Source of the DNA: Promethearchaeota archaeon | GTDB lineage: Archaea; Asgardarchaeota; Lokiarchaeia; Sigyniarchaeales; SOKP01 | Direction: 5' to 3' | Assembly (NCBI GenBank): GCA_019058015.1 | Contig: JAHLWH010000060.1 | Span: 1-24,757 of the forward strand | Length of the DNA stretch: 24,757 nucleotides | Shown here: positions 9,262 through 17,889 of the stretch, piece after piece | Numbering within the stretch: the stretch's first letter is position 1 | Layout of the letters: every line of letters begins with the position of its first letter | Made by a program: the position numbers and the translations under genes | The notes under the pieces: model-generated | The model's database searches: none | What the model was told of the DNA's origin: nothing | The model's input: only the letters and a program-made list of their open reading frames with translations

Positions 9262-9515
9262 TAGTCTTCACCAAGTTTTTTCCATTCCTCACCGTATTTT
9301 TCCATAAATTTATTGATTATTTTTCGATCCCTTTCTAATTCTTCCCTAGCAGATATCTTCTGCTCTTCTAAATATTCTCTAAAATAATTTTGAATTAAGA
9401 ATCGAATGACTTCTGAATCATTTTGAATACCTAACGTGGATTTAATTAAGTTGAAGCGCGAAGCGAGAATCCCTTTTAACTCCGTATGAACAATTTTTGG
9501 TTTTTCTTTTTCCAT
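9261..9515 (-). CDS. Putative antitoxin for Doc (RHH-like N-terminus, Doc-partner-like C-terminal helix)
   Basis: 84 aa, directly upstream of and translationally coupled to doc. N-terminal IVHTELK..F..IK..LGIQNDSEVIRFLI is RHH-like; the tail is FMEKYGEEWKKLGED. Confidence 0.8.
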   Translation of the reverse strand: MEKEKPKIVHTELKGILASRFNLIKSTLGIQNDSEVIRFLIQNYFREYLEEQKISAREELERDRKIINKFMEKYGEEWKKLGED

Positions 9516-9560
9516 CTTAAAAATCTCATTTATTTTATGAAATTTATTTATTATTATTTA

Positions 9561-9614
9561 TTATTTTTTAATATTTTTTATTATTCTTTAATATTTTTTA
9601 TTATTCTTTAATAT
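9561..9614. repeat. 20-bp tandem repeat TTATT(T/C)TTTAATATTTTTTA, ~2.7 copies
   Basis: Units at 9561-9580, 9581-9600 and partial 9601-9614, with one mismatch between copies. Confidence 0.8.
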
Positions 9615-9640
9615 AAAATAAAGTTTTCTGTAATAATTTA

Positions 9641-9663
9641 AAATTAATTGAAATTAATTGAAA
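9641..9663. repeat. 10-bp tandem repeat AAATTAATTG x2.3
   Basis: Exact copies at 9641-9650 and 9651-9660. Confidence 0.55.
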
Positions 9664-9760
9664 AATTTAAGAAAGATCAACCCAGATAAATTTATTAAAT
9701 ATTATATAGATGTAATAATGATCCGAAAATCAATACAGATGAGCAATAAAGGGTAAAATA

Positions 9761-10975
9761 ATGACTGAAATAAGTTTAAAGGAAAAGTTTAAGCATTTAA
9801 GTAAGTTAGAGCAAATGATATTACAATGTATTTCATGCGGAGATTGTCGAGAAGCAACTGATTTTTCCTCAGACCCTCCAAAATGGGGTGTTTGTGTGGC
9901 AAGAGACCATACTCCGGGTTTTGAACCTTTCTTTGGTAGAGGGAAAATGCAAATTATCCGTTCTCTTTGGCAAGGTAAATTAGAATTGAGTAAAGATATG
10001 GCAGAGGTAATTTATCAATGCCCTACTTGTAATGCTTGTTCAGAAGCCTGTTTTTATGATATAGATAATGCCTCTTTTTATGAAGCCTTAAGAGCAGAAT
10101 TAGTGGATGCAGGTTATGCCTTAGATGGACATAAGGAAATGAATCAAGCAATGACTGATTTATTAAATCCATATCAACGAGATAAAAAACAGAAAAATGA
10201 TTGGATAGAAAAACTTGATTTCAAGATAAAAGATGCAAGTTCTGAGAAAGCGGACGTCTTATATTTTGTTGGGTGTACTACTGCTTTAACTCCACAAATT
10301 CAAACAGTAGCTATAAACACGGCAAAAGTTCTTAAAAAATTGGGAGTTGATTTTTCAATTTTTGGAGAAAATGAAGTGTGCTGCGGTAGTGTTGCAATAC
10401 GAACGGGAGATCGGAAAGCGTTTAATTATGTTAGTGATAAAAATCTTGATTTGTTTCAAAAAAGTGGAATTAAAACGATTATTACCAGTTGCGCAGGTTG
10501 TTATAGAACCTTAAAACTAGATTATGCTGATTTACTTAAAGATTTAGATGTTAATGTGGTTCATACAATTGAACTTGTATACAAAATAATAAATGAAAAA
10601 AATATTCAATTAAAAAATTTAGGAATCAACGCAACTTACCATGATCCTTGTCATACAGGAAGAAACTCAGGAGATACCCCCCTTTACGAAGAACCAAGAG
10701 AATTATTAAAAAAAATAGCAAATCTAATAGAAATGGCAACTATTAAAGAAAACGCTAAATGCTGTGGCGCTGGAGGGGGTGTTAAAAAAGCGTTTCCCGA
10801 GTTAGCTTTAGAGATTGCAAAGAGCAGAGTTCAAGAAGCGGAAGAAACTGGGGCAGAAAACCTAGTAAGCATCTGCCCCTTCTGTTTCAGAAATATTGAC
10901 GATGCGATAAAAGCATTGAATTCCAATATGAAAATGGTTGATCTTTTAGAATTAATAGATCAAGCATTAAATTAA
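9761..10975 (+). CDS. (Fe-S)-binding protein with two [4Fe-4S] motifs and two CCG domains (GlcF/HdrD-like)
   Basis: CISCGDC..C and CPTCNACSEAC; YFVGC..CCG..SCAGC; YHDPC..CCGAGGG..CPFC. Confidence 0.95.
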   Translation: MTEISLKEKFKHLSKLEQMILQCISCGDCREATDFSSDPPKWGVCVARDHTPGFEPFFGRGKMQIIRSLWQGKLELSKDMAEVIYQCPTCNACSEACFYDIDNASFYEALRAELVDAGYALDGHKEMNQAMTDLLNPYQRDKKQKNDWIEKLDFKIKDASSEKADVLYFVGCTTALTPQIQTVAINTAKVLKKLGVDFSIFGENEVCCGSVAIRTGDRKAFNYVSDKNLDLFQKSGIKTIITSCAGCYRTLKLDYADLLKDLDVNVVHTIELVYKIINEKNIQLKNLGINATYHDPCHTGRNSGDTPLYEEPRELLKKIANLIEMATIKENAKCCGAGGGVKKAFPELALEIAKSRVQEAEETGAENLVSICPFCFRNIDDAIKALNSNMKMVDLLELIDQALN

Positions 10976-11054
10976 TTCTTGTAACGCTTTATTATTCAAA
11001 AGATAAACAAAATTAGAATATAATATTTATATAATTTATCAACGAAAATAAAAT

Positions 11055-12485
11055 ATGGAAAAAATAGATCTACCCGAAGAACACGTATCAGTAAAAGTAA
11101 AACTTGCCTTTAGTTTTGGAGGCTTTGCTAATAACATTCTTAATGGATTTGTTTTTGCAAATCTCACATTTTTCTATAATCAGAAATTAGGTGTGGATGC
11201 AACACTTTTAGGAATAGCTTGGTTAATATTTGCTATTTGGAACACAATAAATGACCCTATCGCGTCATACTTCATCGATAATACTAGAACTAAAATAGGA
11301 CGGCGTATTCCTTACATTCGTTATGGGTCGATTTTTTATGGATTAGCCTTTATTTTTTGTTGGTTTCCTATAGCTCCTTTAGATAATGAGATAGCTCTCT
11401 TTTTTAATTTTTTAATAGCATTATTTCTTTTAGATACGATGTTTACAATCATTGGTTGCTGTTTTTTTTCTCTCCCGAATGAAATTGCCGTGACAGCTAA
11501 GGAACGAGCAAGCGTCATGGTTTATTCTAATGTAATTGGTTTTATAAATATAGTAATAGGAATTGTTCTTCCAATTGTTCTTCTAACCGGTCAAGAAGGA
11601 ATCCCCGCAATATTTAGTATCACGATACTTATCCTTGGTTTCAGTTGTACATTACTGCTTTTTATAACATCATACTTCATTAAAGAAAATTTGTTCGCAC
11701 AAATGCAACCCCATGAACCCTTTATAGAAGGGTTAAGATTAACACTTAAAAACAAACCATTTTGGATTTTCATGATACCTTCTTTTTGTATAATGTTAGT
11801 ATATCCTACTTTACAAACTGGTTTACTTTTTTACATCGACTATGTAGTAGTAGATCAAGATATAATATTGTTTGTGCTTGCCCTTATCATTGGAATTGCA
11901 TTTGGAATGGGATTTAATCTCAAAAAAATAGCCACTTGGGGTTCAAAAAAGACAGCCATCATATGTTTTTCCCTAATTTCAATCAGTTTTATTATTTTGT
12001 TTTTTTTGGGGCAAAATTCCTATGCAGCTGCAATCCCAATTTTTTGTATAGGTATCGGATTCGCTGGGGCTTTAATCACGAATGGTGTTTTAATGGGAGA
12101 TGCTATTGATAACGATGAATTAATCACCGGAAAACGCCGAGAAGCGATTTATGGTGGAGTTAATGCAATTGTTACAAAGCCAGCGATTTCTATTGCCAAT
12201 TGGATGTTTCTAGGAATGCTAACAATTTTTGGATTCGTGGAACCAATTATAGAAAATGGGATTTCTATTAAACAACCTCAATCTGAATTAGCCATCATTG
12301 GCATTTTAGTTGCGTTTTGTATACTTCCAGCTATATTAATTGGTATAAGCGCATTTGTTTTGCATTGGTATCCATTAGATGGACCTGAATGGCTTAAAAA
12401 GAAAAAATATATCATGGAATTACATGAGCAAAAGGAACGTGAATATCTTCAAAAACTTTCCGAAGAGCAAAAATTAAAAACCTAA
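11055..12485 (+). CDS. MFS transporter, glycoside-pentoside-hexuronide (MelB/GPH) family
   Basis: ~12 TM; WNTINDP..IDNTRTKIGRRIPY and DAIDNDELITGKRREAIYGG motifs. Confidence 0.93.
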   Translation: MEKIDLPEEHVSVKVKLAFSFGGFANNILNGFVFANLTFFYNQKLGVDATLLGIAWLIFAIWNTINDPIASYFIDNTRTKIGRRIPYIRYGSIFYGLAFIFCWFPIAPLDNEIALFFNFLIALFLLDTMFTIIGCCFFSLPNEIAVTAKERASVMVYSNVIGFINIVIGIVLPIVLLTGQEGIPAIFSITILILGFSCTLLLFITSYFIKENLFAQMQPHEPFIEGLRLTLKNKPFWIFMIPSFCIMLVYPTLQTGLLFYIDYVVVDQDIILFVLALIIGIAFGMGFNLKKIATWGSKKTAIICFSLISISFIILFFLGQNSYAAAIPIFCIGIGFAGALITNGVLMGDAIDNDELITGKRREAIYGGVNAIVTKPAISIANWMFLGMLTIFGFVEPIIENGISIKQPQSELAIIGILVAFCILPAILIGISAFVLHWYPLDGPEWLKKKKYIMELHEQKEREYLQKLSEEQKLKT

Positions 12486-12549
12486 AACCTCCATAACGCC
12501 AAATTAAAGGAATGAATTTCAATCATAAAATAGATGATATGATTAAATT

Positions 12550-12562
12550 AAAAAAAAAAAAA
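12550..12562 (-). terminator. Oligo-T (T13) archaeal-type terminator after the M24 gene
   Basis: 13 consecutive A on the + strand, ~13 nt downstream of the minus-strand stop at 12576. Confidence 0.55.
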
Positions 12563-12575
12563 GATTTAAATTAAT

Positions 12576-13754
12576 TTACTCTATTATCAACTCTTCAAGT
12601 TTTTCGGGAGCTTTCGTCAATTTTAAATATCCGTCCTCCGTTATTAATACAGTATCAGAGTGTCGAAAACCTCCTAAGCCAGGTATATAAATTCCAGGTT
12701 CAATGCTGATCACCATATTGGGTAGAAGTTCCCGATCGTATCCTTCGGCAATATAGGGCGCCTCGTGTCCGGTGATTCCAAGACCATGACCAGTTCGGTG
12801 TATGATATAATCACCATATCCTTGATCAGTGATAAATTTACGAACTTTTTTATCAATCTCGCTCATTATAACTCCAGGTTTTATAAGGTCATATGCAAGA
12901 GCCCTTGCTTCAAACATAACTTCAAAAGGCTCCTTTGCTTTCTCAGGAACATAACCTAAAAAGAAAGTTCTTTCAATTTCCACACCGTAGCCATCTACTT
13001 GAGCAGACACTATGGAAACATGGGGACCTCCTTCTTCCATCTCAGCAAAGATATTCGGAATAATATGGGGCTCGTGAGAAAAGGAAGGTGGCCAAACAGC
13101 ACCTACAGTATTGGTTATTATGAAGTTTGCATTGGGGATATCTGTTACTATCTTGGTCGTCATTACATTGGTGACCTCTTGATATAATGCAAATTCCAGC
13201 ATTTTAGGTTTGCAAATTTTTAGCAACTTTTTATGACCCTTATTTACAACCCGACAGGCATGGATAGTTCGCCCGATCTCATATTCTGTTTTTATAATAC
13301 GGACCTCATCAATAATATCAGAAATAATTTTCTTTCCGGGCGTTTTTTCTGCGATCCCAGCAGGTATAGCAGATTCTATTCCTACTTTTGCATCATCCTC
13401 AATAAGGTTGCGATAATTGTCATACCAATTTTGCCCTTCAGGCGCTGGGAACTCATAATAACTTATAAATTCAAGTTCACACCTTGATCTCGTCTCGACA
13501 TGACCCTTCTCTAATAGTGGAACTAGTATTTTCGGAATTCCCTCTTTTGCTATTATAAGAATAAAGGGGCGTTCATGTACTTTATTAGCAAAGTTAGTTA
13601 AATAATAAATATTCACTGGATCGAAGGAGATATAATAATCCAGACCTTCTTTGCGCATTAAACTTCTTACCTTTTCCAAGCGATTGGACAATTCTTCTCG
13701 ACTTGGGGGTGAAGTAATCGCTTTTAGTTTGCTATTAATTGTTTTTCGACTCAC
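12576..13754 (-). CDS. M24 family (Xaa-Pro peptidase / creatinase fold) hydrolase with non-canonical metal ligands
   Basis: Creatinase_N-like N-terminus (RLEKVRSLM..NIYYLTNF), RIIKTEYEI, HRTGHGLG..HEAP, SIEPGIY..GGFRHSDTVLITEDG. GTG start. Confidence 0.92.
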   Translation of the reverse strand: MSRKTINSKLKAITSPPSREELSNRLEKVRSLMRKEGLDYYISFDPVNIYYLTNFANKVHERPFILIIAKEGIPKILVPLLEKGHVETRSRCELEFISYYEFPAPEGQNWYDNYRNLIEDDAKVGIESAIPAGIAEKTPGKKIISDIIDEVRIIKTEYEIGRTIHACRVVNKGHKKLLKICKPKMLEFALYQEVTNVMTTKIVTDIPNANFIITNTVGAVWPPSFSHEPHIIPNIFAEMEEGGPHVSIVSAQVDGYGVEIERTFFLGYVPEKAKEPFEVMFEARALAYDLIKPGVIMSEIDKKVRKFITDQGYGDYIIHRTGHGLGITGHEAPYIAEGYDRELLPNMVISIEPGIYIPGLGGFRHSDTVLITEDGYLKLTKAPEKLEELIIE

Positions 13755-13784
13755 AATATTTTGATATTAATATAATAAGTAATC

Positions 13785-13797
13785 ATATAAAGTTTCC
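13785..13797 (-). promoter_or_regulatory. BRE/TATA promoter of the M24 gene
   Basis: Minus strand GGAAAC-TTTATATG, ~30 nt upstream of the GTG at 13754. Confidence 0.55.
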
Positions 13798-13920
13798 ATA
13801 ATAAGATTTGAGTATTGGACTAAAAATTCGTCTCTATAAGTAATTTATATATATTTATTTGTTTTTCACTAAAGATAATTAGTTTTAAAAATTTTTAAAA
13901 AAATGATCTATTGAAAAAAA

Positions 13921-14328
13921 ATGGATTCAATAATAATTTATTTCACACTTTTAGTTCATAACAGACATATTGCGGAGGAAATTGCAGAAAGGGAAAATTG
14001 TGAATTATTGGAATTCGCAGCTGGAAGTATTTTTAGAGTTTTTCAATATTTAATGGGTAAAAAAAGGTTAGCTAAAAAAGCAAAAAAAATTAATGTTGAT
14101 ATTGCAAATTACAATGAAATAATTATTTGTGGGCCTATATGGGGTGGAAAACCTGCTCCGGCTATAAAGGCTTTGCTTGATAATTTGGATATAACAGGAA
14201 AGAAAGTGAGATGTTGCTTTACATATTCTCAAGACTACGGAAACTCTGAAGACATTATAACAAGTTTAATACAAAAAAATTCTGGCATTGTTAAAGAGAT
14301 AAAGTTTAATAAAATTTCGAAAGAATAA
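13921..14328 (+). CDS. Flavodoxin-like protein
   Basis: IIIYF..IAEEIA, NYNEIIICGPIWGGKPAPAIKALL..ITGKKVRCCFT. The phosphate-binding loop is atypical. Confidence 0.85.
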   Translation: MDSIIIYFTLLVHNRHIAEEIAERENCELLEFAAGSIFRVFQYLMGKKRLAKKAKKINVDIANYNEIIICGPIWGGKPAPAIKALLDNLDITGKKVRCCFTYSQDYGNSEDIITSLIQKNSGIVKEIKFNKISKE

Positions 14329-14368
14329 ATTCAGAGTAGTATAGGTTATTGATATTTGTAAATAATTC

Positions 14369-14785
14369 CTAAAATTTCCTATTGAGAATGTTATCAAAAT
14401 GACTATCAAACGAAACGACATAATCAGCATTAAATTTTTGATATAAATAAATTAATGAAGCATCAGTAAAACTAAGCAATCTATTAGGGGCAATATATTT
14501 CTTACAAATTTCAACGATTTTTATGAATTCTTGAGGCGTATCTTGAATAACTTGAAAAAAATTATCATTTCCAAAGAATAAGGCAATATACTTTTCTAAA
14601 AAAGAAATATTTCCGTGAGAGCGACTAATAGCTAAAGTTAAAGTTTCATTCATTATGGAGTAATTTGTAAAATATTTTGGATTTTCTTCTTCAAATTCGT
14701 TAAAAATCTCGTATGCTCTCTCATTATATTGGTCTTTCTTAGATCTTAAAGCGAACAAAAAACTAGTATCTAAAATTATAATCAC
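14369..14785 (-). CDS. vapC: PIN domain VapC toxin
   Basis: IILDTSFL..NETLT..LSFTDAS..SFDSHFD with the acidic quartet intact. GTG start. Confidence 0.93.
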   Translation of the reverse strand: MIIILDTSFLFALRSKKDQYNERAYEIFNEFEEENPKYFTNYSIMNETLTLAISRSHGNISFLEKYIALFFGNDNFFQVIQDTPQEFIKIVEICKKYIAPNRLLSFTDASLIYLYQKFNADYVVSFDSHFDNILNRKF

Positions 14786-14827
14786 GATTAATTCGCCCTT
14801 AATTTTCTTAAATTTGATATTTATTTT

Positions 14828-15094
14828 TCAGAGTCCATAGATTAACTCGTCATCAGATTTGTCTAAATGATAAAGAGGCGCATCACTTGCACTTTCTCTA
14901 AGTCTTTCTATGAATTCTTTAGTCACAGCAGGTTGATCAATGTTTTCAACAAAGAATTCATTAAGTCTATTATATGTAAATTCGATACTTTTGTCTAACA
15001 CTTCCTGTTGAGACATTTTTTTCCCTAATTTTAAAGTAATTTCTGCTTGAAGTTTTTCAAGCAATCTCTTATTATTTAATTTTACATTTGCCAT
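14828..15094 (-). CDS. vapB: Archaeal VapB-type antitoxin
   Basis: 88 aa directly upstream of vapC; VKL..LLEKLQAEITLKLGKKMSQQEVLD pattern and acidic tail SDDELIYG. Confidence 0.82.
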   Translation of the reverse strand: MANVKLNNKRLLEKLQAEITLKLGKKMSQQEVLDKSIEFTYNRLNEFFVENIDQPAVTKEFIERLRESASDAPLYHLDKSDDELIYGL

Positions 15095-15112
15095 AATATT
15101 TAATAGAATTCT

Positions 15113-15139
15113 CTACTTTTTATACTTTTCTACTTTTTA
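15113..15139 (-). promoter_or_regulatory. vapBC promoter region with three direct repeats AAAAGTA
   Basis: Minus strand TAAAAAGTAG-AAAAGTA-TAAAAAGTAG, 19-45 nt upstream of the antitoxin ATG and overlapping a TATA-like GTATAAAAA. Confidence 0.5.
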
Positions 15140-15381
15140 ACAAATAGTAATAATTAGCGTATAATTCTTTCGGATTTGAAATATACTGTAAATGCATTGT
15201 ATTCGTATCTATTACATCCCAAATCCCTTCTGAGGATAAAAAAGAATAGAAAACAAAAATTAAGGAAATTACATTAAGAAGAATAGTGAACAGAAAATAT
15301 GAAAAAAAATTCAACAGAAAAATCAATCAATATAATTTTTTTTTCTCTTTTATTCCAATTATTAGAAATATTAGATACAAA

Positions 15382-16182
15382 TTAATACCAGTCCCACTTC
15401 AGGAATGCATATGGTTCGAATTTATCTTGATCTACTTCGGCTACGGCACTACCTGGGCGCATGGAGTTATCACCCACTATGTATAATGCACCCAACACTT
15501 TAACAATCTCTACTTCGCCCCATGGGTCATGTATTGAAGACTTAAGCTCCATTTCAACCTCACCCATCTCCATTGATTTTGGACGGAACTCTACTTCTTC
15601 TCTGATTAGGCGAGGATTATAATCGAACCCACGCATCTCAGGCGCAGGAAAATGTTTGTAATTAAAACTGACATTTACAGTATTCTTCATCTTACTAGGA
15701 ACCATCCCAATTCCGATTAAAACCTTCGGAGCTTCCATATCATTGAATTTACCGCTTAAATTTGCTCGCACCTCAAAGTAACGTGTTCCAAGGCGTTCTG
15801 ACCATCCTTCAACATCCTTTCCATCACGTTTTAAATGAATATTTGCCATTTTCTTGGGATATCCAAACCATTCACGACCACCTGCTAGAGCCATATCGTC
15901 CGTAACATGCATCGCAAGGCAATAGCTACCCTCTTCACCATTGAATTCAGCCCTCAGAAAAAGTGCACTCTCTAAATAGGGTAATCCAAAATTAGTTTTG
16001 GGATAGTTAGCAATAAATGCATGAGCAATGGGCATTTGAGCTGGTTTTAGAGGTGGTGGAAGTAATTGTTGGACAATTTCCGGTTTTGTTTCCCATATAA
16101 CAAGCAACATTTCCGCAGAATAAAAATCATACGTTTCTTTTCTTTTTTTTTCTATTTCATCTAAATTTTTTACAAAACTCAT
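15382..16182 (-). CDS. Acetoacetate decarboxylase family protein
   Basis: LLPPPLKP, YLESALFL (catalytic-Glu region) and GGREWFGYPKK with the Schiff-base lysine. Confidence 0.92.
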   Translation of the reverse strand: MSFVKNLDEIEKKRKETYDFYSAEMLLVIWETKPEIVQQLLPPPLKPAQMPIAHAFIANYPKTNFGLPYLESALFLRAEFNGEEGSYCLAMHVTDDMALAGGREWFGYPKKMANIHLKRDGKDVEGWSERLGTRYFEVRANLSGKFNDMEAPKVLIGIGMVPSKMKNTVNVSFNYKHFPAPEMRGFDYNPRLIREEVEFRPKSMEMGEVEMELKSSIHDPWGEVEIVKVLGALYIVGDNSMRPGSAVAEVDQDKFEPYAFLKWDWY

Positions 16183-16342
16183 TTTAAAATATCTTCTAAT
16201 CTAATTAATTAGGTTAATGAAAAATTGCATTTTGTATAATAAATATATTACTATTCATTTTTTTCTCTTACAATAATTTTAAATACAAAAAAATGTAGTA
16301 TCATTTAATTAAAATTTTAAATAAAAAAGGATAAGAAAAAAA

Positions 16343-17752
16343 ATGAGTGAAGATACTTTAGGTCTTAAAGACAAATTTTGTTTCGGTTTAAGTGCTATAC
16401 CTGACCAATTAACTTATCAAGCTTTTCAGTTCTTAATTTTTACGTTTTATTTTACTGTAATTGGACTCGATATAACCATGATGCTGCTTATTTATATTTT
16501 ATGGGGAATATGGAACGCAATAAATGATCCTCTTTTAGGTGCATTATCAGATAGAACAAAGCAAAAAGGTAAATGGGGCAAACGGAAATTTTATTTAACT
16601 CTTTCAATAGGTCCTCTCTGTTTGATGATGATATTACTGTTTTGTGTTCCTACTGGCATTGAAGCCTTCTACTTCTTATTCATTATCTTTCTATTTGAAT
16701 TGGTTTATACACTGTTTGATGTAAATGTGAATGCACTTTTTCCCGAGATGTTTACTACTGAAAAAAAAAGAGCCGCTGTAAATTTATTCGTAAAGGGCTT
16801 AACAGTTGTTGCTTTAATAATTGCTTCGCTTCTTCCTACAATACTTGTTCCAACATTAGTTCCTGGAGAGTCTGCTCCAGTTGAAGTAGTTGAAGGAATT
16901 AAATTAAATTACATTACTGCGGGAGTAGCTTTAGCAATTTTAACTGCACTAATGTCTTTACCTTTTTTCTTGTGGGGTATTAAGGAAAAAGAAGAAGTTC
17001 AAGAACAATTTGAAAAAAGGCCATCATTTCTCAAATCATTGAAAATTACATTTACGAATAAGGAATTTATAAAATTCGTAATAGCAAATACATGTGTATG
17101 GTATGTTTTTAATATTTTACCGACCATTTTGACTTTATATTTTGTACATGTTTTTGAACTTTCAGGTAATTCCATATTGATTGGAATATCGTTAATGCTT
17201 GCATTCGTAATTGCTGCTTTAATTATGCCTTTACATAGAAAACTTGGAGCAAAAATAGGTATGCGAAATGCGTTCATGTTAACATTAGGTCTTTGGATTT
17301 GCGCATTATTTCCATTTGTTTTAGTTTCAGGTGAAGAATTTCTCATTTTAGGCATTATTATTACAGCACTAAACGGAATTCCATTATCTGGAGCGTTATT
17401 TTACGTGGATATATTACATGCAGATGTAATAGAAGAAGATGCACTTAAATTTGGTGTAAAGAGATCTGCAAGTTATTATGGTGTTAATGCCTTTATCCAT
17501 CGATTGGGAATAATTATAACTATGTTAACTATTTGGGTAGTTTTCACTGGAACTGGTTGGGATAAAACTTATACGCCGGTAACAAGCGATCCTGCATTAA
17601 CCATCATTGGCTTAAAAGTACTAATATTTGTATTTCCTGCAATTGCACTTATTATCGGAATTGTTACCATGAAATTTTATACCTTACATGGAGAAAAACT
17701 TGAAAGAATAAGAGAAGAATTGAAAAAATATCCAGAATTAATGCCAAAATAA
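16343..17752 (+). CDS. MFS transporter, GPH (MelB-like) family
   Basis: ~12 TM; WNAINDPLLGALSDRT..WGKRK and ADVIEED..GVKRSASYYG motifs. Paralog of 11055..12485. Confidence 0.93.
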   Translation: MSEDTLGLKDKFCFGLSAIPDQLTYQAFQFLIFTFYFTVIGLDITMMLLIYILWGIWNAINDPLLGALSDRTKQKGKWGKRKFYLTLSIGPLCLMMILLFCVPTGIEAFYFLFIIFLFELVYTLFDVNVNALFPEMFTTEKKRAAVNLFVKGLTVVALIIASLLPTILVPTLVPGESAPVEVVEGIKLNYITAGVALAILTALMSLPFFLWGIKEKEEVQEQFEKRPSFLKSLKITFTNKEFIKFVIANTCVWYVFNILPTILTLYFVHVFELSGNSILIGISLMLAFVIAALIMPLHRKLGAKIGMRNAFMLTLGLWICALFPFVLVSGEEFLILGIIITALNGIPLSGALFYVDILHADVIEEDALKFGVKRSASYYGVNAFIHRLGIIITMLTIWVVFTGTGWDKTYTPVTSDPALTIIGLKVLIFVFPAIALIIGIVTMKFYTLHGEKLERIREELKKYPELMPK

Positions 17753-17790
17753 ATTTTCTTTTTTAATTTTTAATTATTTTTTTTTCTATT
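17753..17790 (+). terminator. T-rich terminator after the MFS gene
   Basis: Several T tracts, including T9, immediately after the stop codon. Confidence 0.45.
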
Positions 17791-17889
17791 TATCAATTGA
17801 TTAGTTATAATCATTTTTTAAAGCAGGAATCTTGAAATTAATAGAAATAATAGAAAATTGCTCTATAAAAATTCTTAGATTAATAATAA

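Noticed and set aside
9541-9665. Repeat region considered as a CRISPR array
   Set aside because: Units are directly adjacent with no spacers, are almost pure A/T, and no cas genes are present.
15120-15486. Short ORFs 15120..15326 (-) and 15286..15486 (+), and a plus-strand fragment IVFVSITSQIP faintly like MazF/PemK
   Set aside because: Low-complexity AT-rich translations overlapping a promoter or the adc-like gene. The MazF-like stretch is ~10 aa with no start and none of the other family motifs.
16201-16212. Palindromes CTAATTAATTAG here and TTATTGCAATAA at 21128-21139
   Set aside because: Short AT-rich palindromes expected by chance at this base composition, with no second copy seen.
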